Origin: Phoronis australis | Taxonomy: Eukaryota > Animalia > Phoronida | Length of the DNA stretch: 64,000 nucleotides | Assembly: GCA_002633005.1 (NCBI GenBank) | Contig: NMRA01000140.1 | Span: 248,001-312,000, forward strand | Direction: 5' to 3' | Shown here: piece after piece, positions 36,625 through 50,366 of the stretch | Numbering within the stretch: the stretch's first letter is position 1 | Layout: each line of letters opens with the position of its first letter | Translations under genes and position numbers: made by a program | Notes under the pieces: generated by a model | What the model was told of the DNA's origin: nothing | The model's database searches: none | The model's input: only the letters and a program-made list of their open reading frames with translations

Positions 36625-38046
36625 GTATTGTTTCTTATATTTTGACTTTTACATTGCCATCTCGAAGTTCGGGTCAGGAAGTTAATGTCTGGCTATTTTA
36701 TTGCCCTCCGTGAACTAAACAATGATATTTTCCATAGGCGGACCTAAGGGTGGGGGGGCAGGGACCCCCCTTGGCTGCCGCAAAAAAACAGCAAGAATGT
36801 GAACAAATAGTGATTTTATTAATTAACCCTGGTAATTAACGTTATACGGCTGAAACAAGATTTGACAAAGCCTAAGCAAAAACTCCACGATTAGTGATTA
36901 AATGAAAATTGTGTAAACGAAGAGTGACAAGTAGACTACGCTATCTCTGCTATCATGACTCATGTAATTACAACCGATACAAAAAATTAAAAAACAAAGT
37001 AGTCCTCAGAAATGTGTCGCTCTCTGAAAGTTACAACCCGTACGACAAAATCGATTTTAGTCATCAGGGAGCACACACCAGGTCTTCAGTTGATGGTCTG
37101 ACCCGACTCGGGTCTTGTCGCTCGTCCCCCCCCCGGCGCCAGAAAGCGCCGGCGCAGGTGATCGGCCGCGGGCGCGACGATCAGGAAGCTTCGGCGGGTG
37201 GGCACCCGTTGTTCCGCCTGGCGCCGGTGGTGCAAGTGCAGGTCGCGCGACGATCAGGAAGTTTTGAAGGGTTTACGTAGCGAAACGAGAGATGTGTGGA
37301 TTACATCGACACATTTTAAAATGCGTGTTTCCACTATATCGTGCCACTGCTGGATTACATCAACACATTCTAAAATGTGCGCTTCCACGTACTTTACTCT
37401 ATATTGTACCACTGTTGCCTACGTTATTTGTCGTCGTAGATGACGTGCGAAACTAGCTACCTCGACTACATCGACCATTTTTTAGGCCAATCTTCTTGAA
37501 TTGATTGCACAATTAGTAATAGTGTGTGAACTAATTACGTTTATATGCGCTAACTGGGAAGCGATACCGAAGCTAGTTTACAGTGAAACAACACGTGTGG
37601 TGAGATAAAAGGTCATATGTATTATGACAAACTAAACTACTACAGATATGTATAAATACAAAAGTTATATGATATGTTGAGCTGTAAAGATGGGTGACAA
37701 TCTGCGACAGTCAAGAGAACCCAAATTATATCCGCATGTGGTCCCTCGCCTGGGAGCTACTGTTTCCCTTACCTGCATGTGTACCTAAGCTCCGCAATTA
37801 GGAGCAGCTTCACAATGTAGGGGCATGCTCTCAATTGCCGGGTTTTACGGTGTCGGCGTTTGTCGACGCATTTGACCAAGAACTTCTATAAAATGCATCG
37901 GTTCGGATATGGTCGCTTCAGTTTGCAAGCGCACGTTCATGGTGATGAAATATTATCAATAGCATATCAAAAACACCATAAAAAAACCCCACCAGTCGAT
38001 CAAGTGTCAAATTAGAACACTTGCAAACACTATGACGATATGTTAA

Positions 38047-38726
38047 AGGCGAAGGCAACCTTTTTCCATGTCCTTTTTAGAAAAAAATAAGGTTCGTTGG
38101 TTATTCCAAACAAATTTTCCACTTCATTACAACTTTTCGTAATTTAATTAATTATTCGTTCTCTACTCCGGAAATGACCTTTTGGGAGGCAAGAATTTCG
38201 CGCCAATTTCTTTTCATATAGTCTGACTGTGAGAGCTGCCGAGTCAGTCATTGATCTACCTCGGTTGTGATAAGTTTCGGTCGTCGGTTACTTTTGTTTA
38301 CCAGTCAGTCAGCGTACCGGGATGTGCTCATCATCGTCTCACGGACAGAGGAACTGTCCCACTTGCCCGCGACACACTCCCACTGAATTGCAACCTGAGC
38401 ACACAAACTGCTTACACCCCGCCGTGTGACTCCCTCGCCACACACCTGGCATATTCTAAATAGCTCCAATACTGTAGACAAGTCCACAATAAGCTTTTCC
38501 AAGTTTGGCTCACCGATCTGTTCATTGAACGACGAACTGTCCTCTTCACTGGGCCTGTATTCACTCCCACTACTCAACATCGCAGCAGGTCTGCTTACAG
38601 GCTTTGGGCCATAATGAGTACATCCCGGTACGTAATTAATTAAATTACGAAAAGCTGTAATTAAGTGGAAAGTATGTCTGGTGTAACCAACGAATCTTAG
38701 TTTTGCTAAAAAAGTTGCCTTCGCCT
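38047..38726 (-). mobile_element. Kolobok-like element at the equivalent site in copy B
   Basis: TTAA flanks at 38043-38046 and 38727-38730; same termini and internal relic as 4499-5194. Confidence 0.8.
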
Positions 38727-41700
38727 TTAATTAGCTGATATTGAACTCCGAATATTTATTGGTGGTTGTGAAAACTTAATCTTTGACCATGCTGTTGTTC
38801 TTTCCACCTGTTCGCGGGACATCGGAGAAGCGCGGATATGGCACACGTTTGTACTAGACACACTGGCGCTGGTACGTTCAAACTTTATACTCATGTCCGC
38901 AGAGCTAAGAAACTTTCAACTGAATTTGCTTTTCTTTTATTTTCTCGTTTTTTGGGATATTGAAATCACGATTGTAATATGCAGTGCTATCAAAGGTTTA
39001 ATGATGCTAACATTGTAGGTAATTTTCAAAATAAGGTAAATGGTGGGTTTAACTAAGCAAGGTGGCTACGAGTCAGTCACCCTTGACCTCGAGATACATG
39101 GCACATGCTATGTGTGAATTTCGTATCGATCGAATAAGAAATGAGATCTGTGGAACGACTACAAAAGTTCAGCGAGGCCTGTTCAATAAAAGATGAGTCG
39201 TCTGTCACTCTGACCAGAAATATCGAATATCTAGAACGGTTAGTCGGCAAGAGAAACGGATGACACAATCCAGATAGCGTTTAACAAGGTCTGTCCATGA
39301 GGATTTTCTAAAAGATCCTCAAAAGACGGTAGAGATACGACACTAATGTTCAGTCAATGAACGATCATCCACAGGAAAATCTTGGAAACTCGAGAGCGGT
39401 TCAGTACGAAAGAAAAGCAAATGGCACAATCCCGATAGCCCTTCTATCGAAGGGCGAAATCATGAAATCGCTCCAACTAGAGACAGCGGAGCAAACCAAA
39501 AAGTGAAAAGTGGCCGCCCCAACGGCGTCTTGCGTCCGATTTCAACCAAAGCAATAGGCTTCGAGCTTTTCACGATCGGATACACGTTTTGTGTAAATTC
39601 CACGCTGATCTTCGCATAAAAAGTGCGACCTGTATCGCGTGAACAAAGAAACAAACAAATGCCCAAAATTTCTGAAGAGCGATACTTGGTGAAATCAAAT
39701 AAAAACTTTAAGGTGAGGTGGACAACAAAACCGATATATTAAATAGCCCTTGATGAGATCTATTTACATACCAAATTTGAAGAGTTCGGTCAAAGCAAAA
39801 TGTCCGTCATACCGCCATCTTGCGTCCAAGTTCGCCCAAGAGCAAAAAAGCTATTGACTAATTGAACTCTGTACGTAAATTTCATGCAGATCAGACGAAA
39901 ATTTCAATCTCTAACACAAATATGATAGGCTAACAAAGTGAAGCTATATATAACGTCAACAAAAGAGCAGTCACATGAGTAGTAAATTTCGAATATTGTG
40001 AGAATGGTAAGTCGACTAGCAAAAAACGGGTTCCAGGTCGCCACAGCGCCAACTTGTATTTTATTTTAACAAAAAATAGGCTTCGAGCCATTCACGGAAC
40101 ACACGCCGTCTGTAAATTTAACGTAGATCTTATAAGAATTGCGATCTGTAGCGTGCGAATAAAGAAACAAATATACAAGAAATTATGACAAAGCAACAAA
40201 CTTTTTAGAAATTTTATTTCAGCATAGGCTATAGTACATGGGCTGCCAGCTCCGTATATTTTCAACGCATAAGCAGTGACGTCACTATTCACTAGCGATA
40301 CCTGGCAGACAGAGCGCGCTTCCGGCTACGTCGTCTGCTAATCATGGTCACTTCGTCGCGGTTTGGATCGGCAATTTTGCCGAACTCGTATTCATGTTTA
40401 AATACATAGGCGGATTTAGGGACGGGGGGAGGGGGGCTTGGCTGCTGCAATAAAAAAACATCAAGAGCGTGAGGAAATATTGAGTTTATTAATTAACCCC
40501 GGTAATTAACATGCGGCTGGAACAAGATTTAACAATGGTGTGCAGTTTTAGTTTGTGTGTCCGAATCAGACCGCCGTCGTTTTCCCGTTTTTTAACCCTC
40601 CGTTTGATATTTAGTAAAAGGTCCGCATTCCAGAAATTCGAGCCCCATATATTTTAGGCTGGGTGCGCATGCGATCGTGCATGCCCGATTGCCCGAGACA
40701 AAATGTTGGGCCCCTTATGATATCCTAGATCCGCCACTGAAATATTGGAAGCTAGTAAACATTAACTTCTAAAATAAAGCTCATATTAATACTCCAGAAA
40801 TAACCACCAGGGATACTCAAAATCTATCTCGCACTTCAACAGCAGTTTGCATGTACATACTCCACGGGATGTTTCATTTTAAGCTTGAATGCACGCCGGG
40901 GCCGCTCAAAATTTGTGGAGTGTTAGTCTATGAATATGCTATCAAATAATGCCGAAATTATTTTTTTTTCGTTGTGCTGGACAGCAAAATAGATGCAAGA
41001 ATTTCCCGTCACAATACACTAACCGGAAGCAGTGTTTGCTGTGTTTAGAGGGTGGCGCCTCCTCTAAGATATTACGCAGTAGTTGCGAATCTGTTGTCTA
41101 TAATCTATGATTTCAGCAAATAAAAGTATCATGACAAAGCTTGTCCTTTGTCAAGTAATGATACTGCCAGGTACAAGTACTCACAAAACCTCTTTTAAAG
41201 CTCCTACGGCTCAGGACCCACTGACTATAATTCATCTTACAACCGGCTTGGCGTTTCTCCGCAAATTATCATGCACGCACCCAGGGAATGGGGGGNGCGA
41301 AGTAGGTAAAAGGGTCCGCCTCAGAGAAACAAAAATTCCGAAAAAACGAGACAAATGTCCACTAAAAACGCGCAGACGCACAGTTCATAGACCTAAAGGT
41401 GGTACCACGTTTTTTTTGTCCTCCCGCTTTTATGTTAGCAAAAGTCCACTTTGTCAGAGATTCGAGCCCCCCATATTAAAGGCTGAGTGCGCGCATGTTT
41501 ATCATACATGTAAGCTAGTTTGTGTTGCCAGCGATTTATGCTGTCTGCCAAACATTTTTCACTTCCCGAAAATCGTGGGTACAAAATGCTTTTAAAGTCC
41601 ATACTTTTCTGACATGTCTCCATGTTTTGGAACACTGTACGCAACATTGAAGACCTTATCTCAAGAAGTTACTCCAATTCAAACACTTGAAACCATATCA

Positions 41701-42207
41701 AACTAAACAATATTTGTCATACAGTGACTTGAAAATATCATGGCTACTATTCTATGTTGTAATTACACTGTTCAGTCATCGATACCCGGGTACCAATTCA
41801 ACTGTAGCCTAATCAAATTTCAATTCAAAGTGTGGAGGTGGCCAGGGAATATTTCAAGGGCTTCAATTTGTATCATCGAGTACGGAAGCAAAGCACCGAC
41901 AAAATGGTTTGGAATCAAGTGTGGCACTTGCTCCGGGCACCACTTCAATGGGACTTGAAATGAAATGTAGGTGACGAAAAGTGGTCGCAACGAGGAACGA
42001 TGAGTTTTATGTTAAAGGGGTCGCCGAAAATAATTGAATAGCGGAGACTCGAGAAAATTGGTGGTACTATTCGACTTTAAAAATTCAAAGTAAAAAGTCT
42101 AAGCAAACTGAAAGTTTATTGTTCTGGTAATGATATCTCGCAATACGCTAATGTTTAAACAATTTTATTTTGCATAACATCATCTGTCGCTTTTGTTTTT
42201 CACTCAG

Positions 42208-42333
42208 ATATCCGCAAGCAATGCAAAGGTATGAAACAGTTTACAGAAAAAGTGTGCAGACATCACACACAAAGAACTGGAAAAGTATGCAACGGGACAG
42301 TGGAAGTTCGACTGAATTCCGGATACCGTGTCG
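42208..42333 (+). CDS. Exon 2 of the SGNH-like gene, copy B
   Basis: Acceptor ttttgtttttcactcag|; phase 1 in and out; reads (D)IRKQCKGMKQFTEKVCRHHTQRTGKVCNGTVEVRLNSGYRV; donor G|GTAAG; open and splice-conserved in copy A. Confidence 0.8.
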
Positions 42334-43310
42334 GTAAGCATAGTTGTCTAGCTTGTATACTACTACTGCTGCAACGACGACTACGACTAACCTTTTACGA
42401 CTACGACCAGCCTATTATGACTGCGACTAGCCTATTACGACAACGGCTACGACTAGCCTATTACGACTACTACGACTACTAATCCTAAGTCTATCACAAC
42501 CGTTTACCGGTAAATACCGGCATTTTACGGGATTTTTAAGTCGGACAGGAATTTTGTATCTCCACTCGGTCCTTGCGACCAGCAAAATATTGAATCATTT
42601 AGTGCAATGATCGAAATTAATCTAGCACGGGTCAATTAAAATTGCAAATTTTGGGCATTTGTTTCCCCTAAAACATTTCAGTCAAACGATTTGCCAAAAT
42701 GGTAAGGCTAGTTGCCGAAGCGAAAGTTAAATCGGTACTTTCTAACCGACACATGTGTCGAGTAGCTAAGTACCCAATTTCCCGAGGCAACATGATGCCC
42801 TCCCCTTATGGTTTCCTAGATTCGCTACTGTCGTGCTTTGTATTTGGATTAACAGCTAATTAATAAGCCCAGCTTAGATACCTATGCCCATTTCAGTTGG
42901 CAGTGTTTTATACTTGTAAATATAACTCTTCATTTCACTCTCATAGTAGGAGGCACGCTTATCCCAAGTAAAAGAAGGCGGCTGTTGGAAGTTTAAACAT
43001 TTGAAAACTATAGCAAAAGGATGTTTTACGAATACCCTTCATAGCTGGGGCCAAACAGAACATTAGTTTTTAAACTTAGTTTGGTGTCTTACTATACAAA
43101 GGCCATCTACTCTTATAGTGTTAAATTCCTTTTTGAATTCAAGTTCGTATGCCGCATGATGCACTGTCTGAGCTGAAACTCAGAACTACCGATAACATAG
43201 AAATAAATAACTGGTATGAATTAAGGATACTCCATAAAAAATAATACGTAGGACCTGTTTACACTCAGATTGTACATGTACAGTTCTCTGCTCCCCGTTA
43301 GTAGACTTAA

Positions 43311-43539
43311 AGGCGAAGGCAACCTTTTTCCATGTCATTTTGAGCTAAAATAAGGTTGGTTGGTTATCCTAGACATATTTTCCACTTAATTACAGCTTTT
43401 CGTAATTTTATTAGTTACTCGTCCGCTACTCCGGAAGTGACGTTTTAGGAGGCAAGCATTTCGCGCCAATTTCTTTTCATATAGTCTGACTGTGAGAGCT
43501 GCCGAGTCAGTCATTGTTCTACCTCGGTTGTGTTAAGTT
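43311..43539. mobile_element. Terminal repeat of a younger Kolobok-like insertion, cut by gap
   Basis: TTAA|AGGCGAAGGCAACC...; absent from copy A, which has a single TTAA at 9825-9828. Confidence 0.85.
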
Positions 43540-44508
43540 NNNNNNNNNNNNNNNNNNNNNNNNNNNNNNNNNNNNNNNNNNNNNNNNNNNNNNNNNNNNN
43601 NNNNNNNNNNNNNNNNNNNNNNNNNNNNNNNNNNNNNNNNNNNNNNNNNNNNNNNNNNNNNNNNNNNNNNNNNNNNNNNNNNNNNNNNNNNNNNNNNNNN
43701 NNNNNNNNNNNNNNNNNNNNNNNNNNNNNNNNNNNNNNNNNNNNNNNNNNNNNNNNNNNNNNNNNNNNNNNNNNNNNNNNNNNNNNNNNNNNNNNNNNNN
43801 NNNNNNNNNNNNNNNNNNNNNNNNNNNNNNNNNNNNNNNNNNNNNNNNNNNNNNNNNNNNNNNNNNNNNNNNNNNNNNNNNNNNNNNNNNNNNNNNNNNN
43901 NNNNNNNNNNNNNNNNNNNNNNNNNNNNNNNNNNNNNNNNNNNNNNNNNNNNNNNNNNNNNNNNNNNNNNNNNNNNNNNNNNNNNNNNNNNNNNNNNNNN
44001 NNNNNNNNNNNNNNNNNNNNNNNNNNNNNNNNNNNNNNNNNNNNNNNNNNNNNNNNNNNNNNNNNNNNNNNNNNNNNNNNNNNNNNNNNNNNNNNNNNNN
44101 NNNNNNNNNNNNNNNNNNNNNNNNNNNNNNNNNNNNNNNNNNNNNNNNNNNNNNNNNNNNNNNNNNNNNNNNNNNNNNNNNNNNNNNNNNNNNNNNNNNN
44201 NNNNNNNNNNNNNNNNNNNNNNNNNNNNNNNNNNNNNNNNNNNNNNNNNNNNNNNNNNNNNNNNNNNNNNNNNNNNNNNNNNNNNNNNNNNNNNNNNNNN
44301 NNNNNNNNNNNNNNNNNNNNNNNNNNNNNNNNNNNNNNNNNNNNNNNNNNNNNNNNNNNNNNNNNNNNNNNNNNNNNNNNNNNNNNNNNNNNNNNNNNNN
44401 NNNNNNNNNNNNNNNNNNNNNNNNNNNNNNNNNNNNNNNNNNNNNNNNNNNNNNNNNNNNNNNNNNNNNNNNNNNNNNNNNNNNNNNNNNNNNNNNNNNN
44501 NNNNNNNN
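43540..44508. other. Assembly gap
   Basis: Run of N. Confidence 1.
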
Positions 44509-44655
44509 GCTTGCCTCCTAAAACGTCACTTCCGGAGTAGCGGACGAGTAATTAATAAAATTACGAAAAGCTGTAATTAAGTGGAAAATATGTCTAGGAT
44601 AACCAACCAACCTTATTTTAGCTCAAAATGACATGGAAAAAGGTTGCCTTCGCCT
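44509..44655. mobile_element. Kolobok-like terminal repeat (inverted), cut by gap
   Basis: Near-perfect reverse complement of 43311-43457, followed by TTAA at 44656-44659. Confidence 0.85.
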
Positions 44656-44968
44656 TTAAAGGAGGCCATTGATGACATTCAAGTGGCCACCTTTTCGTGT
44701 TTTTATTGACCAATTCTTACGGGACCGCTCACGGAGGGAGAGAGGGCCCAATCTGGGAATCGATTGCCTCTATTTTCCCTTTTTTCTGTGAAATCGTGCT
44801 TTCATGTTGATGGAAGTCACTCCCTGCATGGTTTTGGGACCACACGGCGGTGGAATGAACTGCCACGTTTTCCCAGCTTAATGATGTTTAGCCTTTCAAC
44901 TTAAGGTGTCCCATTCTCTCGCTGGAGTAGATCGGTGTAAATTTCCCTTTGTCCCTCTATATACATGT

Positions 44969-45075
44969 GTATCTGCGCATGCAGGACAAGTGTACCACTA
45001 CACAGGGACTATATCTGCGCGTGCACAAAAGGTGCACAGAGGCACTATGTCTGCGCGTGCACGACAGGTATGCAC
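44969..45075 (+). repeat. Three degenerate ~36-42-bp repeats
   Basis: TCTGCGC(A/G)TGCA...A(A/G)GT three times. Confidence 0.6.
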
Positions 45076-46287
45076 AATCAATTACGGTTGATAAATGTAT
45101 TACAAATGATTCTTTAAAACAGAATAGTTTCGACTATTTCTAAGAATGGTATGATATGTTATAAGATGTTGATAAGAATTAATAACAGTGAATGGTGTAA
45201 TATAAGATTAAGTTTTTTCATCAGCCCTAGTAATTTATGCGAATTCTTGTCACTGACCAAAAACGATCCTAATCAGACTGTTACATGTGAGCGATGGTCA
45301 GTCTCATCAGAATTCATATCAACCAAAATGGAGGTGCAAGATTTTTACGCAAGCATTACTTATTCTAAGTTTAGAAAATATGATTAAGACAGTGAAGAAG
45401 ACGAACAGTACACAGTGTCTGTTTTGTTACGTACAAGTTCATTAAGACTGACGGTAAATATAAAGGGCAAAACTAAGCCTTTGAACTAGCAAGGAGCAAT
45501 GTATAATGCATACAGAAATATGCAACAGTCAGGGCACGGACTTCTGTGTACATCCTGAGGGGTGCACCTGTAGCTAAGATGGAGGGAGATTTGCATCGTG
45601 CGGAACCCTCTCCGGAGGGGAGGAGGAGGAAGGGAAAGGCGACACAAAAATTTGTGATGATCGGCACTAAACATTTTAGCATCAGAAATATTATATAGAT
45701 TCATTCAAGTAAGTCAGGCAAACGCATTTTAATTAATAATCCACTGGTGCCACCTGCCGCCCCGAAGTGTTGTACCAGAGGGTTCCAGTTCAATCCCGTC
45801 CTGCAGCCATTCTGTTATTGCTTATGAATTTCTGTAATATTACACCACGTTTCGTTTCTTATAGTTGCTAAACGTATTTGAAACAGAACATTCTAGAAAC
45901 CATGTGTAGTTAGTTGTAACAAGAGGAGGGTTACATATATCAAACCTGACCAATGTCAGTGGCGTTGGTGCATTGGATTTTGAAATTAAATGCTGAATGA
46001 CGTCAATATGAACATGTGTCTTAACACGCTACGCAATATTGCCACAAGTCGAACTTTAATAATTCTGCTAAAACTAATGACTGCCTAAAGGTATTCCGAT
46101 AAACGCAATATACATTCATTGACTGGCCTTGGTGCATTACAAGCTTCAAGGTGTAAGACATATCAAATCCAGATAGAAAAAATATTCTATAAAGAGTTCG
46201 TCTAACCCACTTTTTAGACGAAGTACAGGCTCTATTTCCTATTTTTTGGTTATACTAATTGTAGCTTGCTACATAAATATAGACAAG

Positions 46288-46490
46288 CTAAATCAGTGGC
46301 CATGACCATAATATAGAATAGTGCACTAATTATATAGACCCTCAGAATCCCGGTGGTCATGACCATCAATACAGAATAGCGGTGTATAGATAGACACTGA
46401 ATATCCATGGTCATGACCATAAATATACAATAGCGTGCTACATATATAGACATTCTAAATCCATGGCCATATCCATAATAGCGCACTAAC
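46288..46490 (+). repeat. Degenerate tandem repeat, ~55-bp unit, about 3.5 copies
   Basis: Recurring GGYCATGACCAT...AATAG...ATAGAC...AATCC. Confidence 0.8.
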
Positions 46491-47884
46491 CCCTGCATGT
46501 AAATCCGACACTGCCAAGTTTTTACGAGGGACTGAGTTGAGATTCCAAATTCATCAGAAACACAACACATTCTTGCACAGCAAAGCAATTCGACCCAAAC
46601 AACCAAACATTTGAAAAAATACAGTAGGATTGCCGCCATCGAAAGGGTGGAATTTTGAAGAACGTGAAGACCACTACTTGTGAATTATACAAAAGGACAA
46701 TTTCCGATGGTTAGTTATAAAATAATGATACTGTTTCCCGTAGTATCACAAGAATAGTATCGGTTTTGAAGATGGTTTTTATGAGTTGTTTGTAAGGAAT
46801 TCCCACTTGTGGAAAACGTTTGCTGTCTAAGCTATTATTTGTGATGATCGTGTACATGTCGATAGGGGTACTCAAAGAACTCTCGCAATCATAAACAAAG
46901 ATTTCAACGTTTTTTTTTGTCAGTGGAGTTCAAGTTTACATCGTGAACTGTTATAGGTACCTCTGAAAATACACCTTAATGCGAATACCCCATCTCCCAT
47001 ATTCCCCCGGTTACCCGTCAAAAGTCTGCGAGCATCCATGCGGAAATTGCGCATAACATTCCTGTTTGATAAACAAATTCGTTGGTTTCTGATTTACTTG
47101 TTTATGTATCTACAAATATATCGATAGATTCATAGATGATTTTTGACAATTAGAAGCTAATATTGTAAGAATTGGTGATAATTCAGTAAATTTAATTGCT
47201 GCCTGAAGTTCGAAAAACTCTATAATCCGATCCCCAAATAGTAAAGTACACGTAGACGATTTTTGCATATCTAAAAAAACTATCAAAGACATTGATGAAA
47301 TTCGTACACACAAACCGTAGATAGAAAAAACGTTTTAAAATCCTCAAATAAATACAAATAAACTCATCTCTTGGAAAGGTTGTCTTTGCAGTTCCTTGGT
47401 GTTTTTAGTTTCCAGTAGTACCGGTACTGAGTAATGAATTTTTGTTCTTCAAAACTGAATTGATTGCTTTCCTCAGCCACCAGAAACTGAACTACCAGAC
47501 GTGTTTCAACTAGGGGTTTTGAAACAGCCCCAAGGGCAATATAGCAGGGACTTCGGGGCCTCACTTTTTCAAAAAAAATAAATAAATAAGATAAAGTTTT
47601 CCAGAAACTGGATCACAACAAAACGAATCTTGACCTTGGAACGAGCGCAGACGGCCGGTACGAGCTAAGCTGCTTGTCTCAAGTGAATCACAGCTGAGCT
47701 GACCAGCAACTAGCTTTAGTTCATCGAAAATTTCGTATTTTCACATTGTTAGATCTCAGCTCACTACTTGAGGCAGCTCCTCGCTATAGGTCAGTGTAGT
47801 GGTCCTTGGCCCATTCTTACTCTTCGTGTTGGTTCACGGTTACTCAACTCAGTCTCAATGACTGGATCCCAGGGATTGCCGTCC

Positions 47885-48035
47885 CACAGGCGGATTCAGG
47901 ATTTTGAATTGGGGGGGCAGGGCAGAGTATTAGCAAGGATTTACCAGTCAGAAATTGGCACCTCCAAACTGACAAATGGAATCTGGGAGAATTTTCGGAG
48001 GGTCATGGCCTCTTGAACTCCTAAATCCGCCACTG
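47885..48035. mobile_element. Short MITE, inverted relative of the 14248 element
   Basis: CACAGGCGGATTCAG...CTAAATCCGCCACTG; interior is the reverse complement of the 14248 interior; flanks TGCCGTCC/TGCCTCCC resemble a decayed 8-bp TSD. Confidence 0.7.
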
Positions 48036-49758
48036 TGCCTCCCCACCTGGGAGATTCGGTACAAATGTGGTGACATCGGGAGGACGGGGGCGAGGGTGGG
48101 GGGAAGGTAGCAGACTAAGGTGGTGGCGATGGGGGGGAGTTATTTGGCGACGTCGAAATGGTTTGTGCCCCCCCAATAATTTTTGCCATCCTACGGGCCT
48201 GCGTCCGCTCGTGAATGAATTCAATTCATATTCTATGCGTGTAGGCGGATTTAGATCGATCTTCGCTACGAGCCCAGGTTTCGTTTTACAAATCACACGC
48301 CATCATGGGTGGTCAAACGAACCATGAAAGTGACGGAATAGGTGGAAACGGAACAATTTTGACTCAAGATTAATAGGTCCACACACTGTTTTAGATGGTT
48401 TCAAAATTCTTAACCTTGGAGAGAGCCGAAGCATTTCGTGTAAATTACAAAATAGGATAGTAGATGGAAGGTGAGTAGGGAGACAAACATATGTCTACAA
48501 TATGAACACTTTTAACGTATATTACGCGACAAACTAGGACGTGGATTTTTGCATTTCACAAAATTTGTTTTACTTGACACTGAACAACATCGTTTTGACG
48601 ATTCGGGCGCATGCAAGATCGGAGCCGCTTCGCCGGGGAGGAAGGTAAGTGGGCTGCAGATTCACAGAAAAAAATTGAAGCCGTGAACCTGAAATCTGAC
48701 TTAGTAACACAACGCCGGTCTCATCACCGGTGCTTATTAATTACCTGTTAATCCAAATACAAAGCACGACAGTAGCGAATATAGGAAACCATAAGGGGGG
48801 GGGTCAACATGTTGCCTCGGGAAATTGGGTAAAGCGCGATTGTATGTGCACAGGGGCCCGAAAGTTGCGGGGGCCGTGGGATGCGGTGGACCTTCCGTTC
48901 AGAAAATCCATCGGTGGAATAAAAAAATACGGGAATCCGATTCCGCTGGGATCCGAGCGCCCCCGCCCCTCCATGCGCTACCGGTCCTAGTTACTGAACT
49001 CAATTTTTTTCCTCACGCTTCAGTCACAATTTGTTCTATCATTTTGAGGGGGGGGGGCGTGACACTGTGGCAATTACGCGAAAGTCACAGTTTATTTGCG
49101 TAATGAAACCGCGATCAAGCTTGGGAAATGTTTCGACTGAGATCCACCTCGATAACTACAGACTTCGAAATCAGTCAATACATTGCATCGGCAGCAGTTT
49201 TAAAAGATGTGTAACCCAGTTGCTTGATGAACTTCGAGATTTACGTCCGATCAGGCGGAAAGGCGCACTGTCCGAAATATGAGAATAATGGCCAATGCCA
49301 CTAAAATCGACGTGTCCGAAGTTTCAGAAATAAATGTCAAATTCGACCGTTTAGAATAAAAAAATGTGTGTGGAGTTGGACTTAGATGTCCGAAATTCGG
49401 GAGACTGCTCCAAGTTTGGGAATTTTCACAGAATACTTATATTTGCATGATATGTATTGAAACCGTGTTTCAGATTCGTCAGGTTAGATTGTTTTGATGA
49501 CAACTGTGATCAGTAGCCCTACCTAAGTGCTAAGTGGTGCGTTTTGAGTCACAGAATATGTAAACAAAATTTTAACCCATTATCGTTTGCTACGAGTATA
49601 TTTGTAGAAAACCAATTACAAGACTTTAGAATTCATCCGAACATGATAATGAAAAAGAATGTTGTCGTGATGTATGCACTATCCGAGTCTGAGTTAAGGA
49701 AAATACTGTTCGTGTTATTACTTCTCAACTCCATCTCGGTGAATACCTCATTTTTAAT

Positions 49759-50366
49759 NNNNNNNNNNNNNNNNNNNNNNNNNNNNNNNNNNNNNNNNNN
49801 NNNNNNNNNNNNNNNNNNNNNNNNNNNNNNNNNNNNNNNNNNNNNNNNNNNNNNNNNNNNNNNNNNNNNNNNNNNNNNNNNNNNNNNNNNNNNNNNNNNN
49901 NNNNNNNNNNNNNNNNNNNNNNNNNNNNNNNNNNNNNNNNNNNNNNNNNNNNNNNNNNNNNNNNNNNNNNNNNNNNNNNNNNNNNNNNNNNNNNNNNNNN
50001 NNNNNNNNNNNNNNNNNNNNNNNNNNNNNNNNNNNNNNNNNNNNNNNNNNNNNNNNNNNNNNNNNNNNNNNNNNNNNNNNNNNNNNNNNNNNNNNNNNNN
50101 NNNNNNNNNNNNNNNNNNNNNNNNNNNNNNNNNNNNNNNNNNNNNNNNNNNNNNNNNNNNNNNNNNNNNNNNNNNNNNNNNNNNNNNNNNNNNNNNNNNN
50201 NNNNNNNNNNNNNNNNNNNNNNNNNNNNNNNNNNNNNNNNNNNNNNNNNNNNNNNNNNNNNNNNNNNNNNNNNNNNNNNNNNNNNNNNNNNNNNNNNNNN
50301 NNNNNNNNNNNNNNNNNNNNNNNNNNNNNNNNNNNNNNNNNNNNNNNNNNNNNNNNNNNNNNNNNN
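49759..50366. other. Assembly gap
   Basis: Run of N. Confidence 1.

Noticed and set aside
36625-36713. C-terminal tail GIVSYILTF...FYCPP of the 254-aa ORF
   Set aside because: Read-through into intron 1; splicing at 36624 supplies the DxxH half of the domain
43514-44540. Long ORFs of 335-336 aa in the track
   Set aside because: Almost entirely translated N-gap
46288-46490. Repeat array considered as CRISPR-like
   Set aside because: Units are similar along their whole length with no unique spacers, the context is eukaryotic, and there are no cas genes
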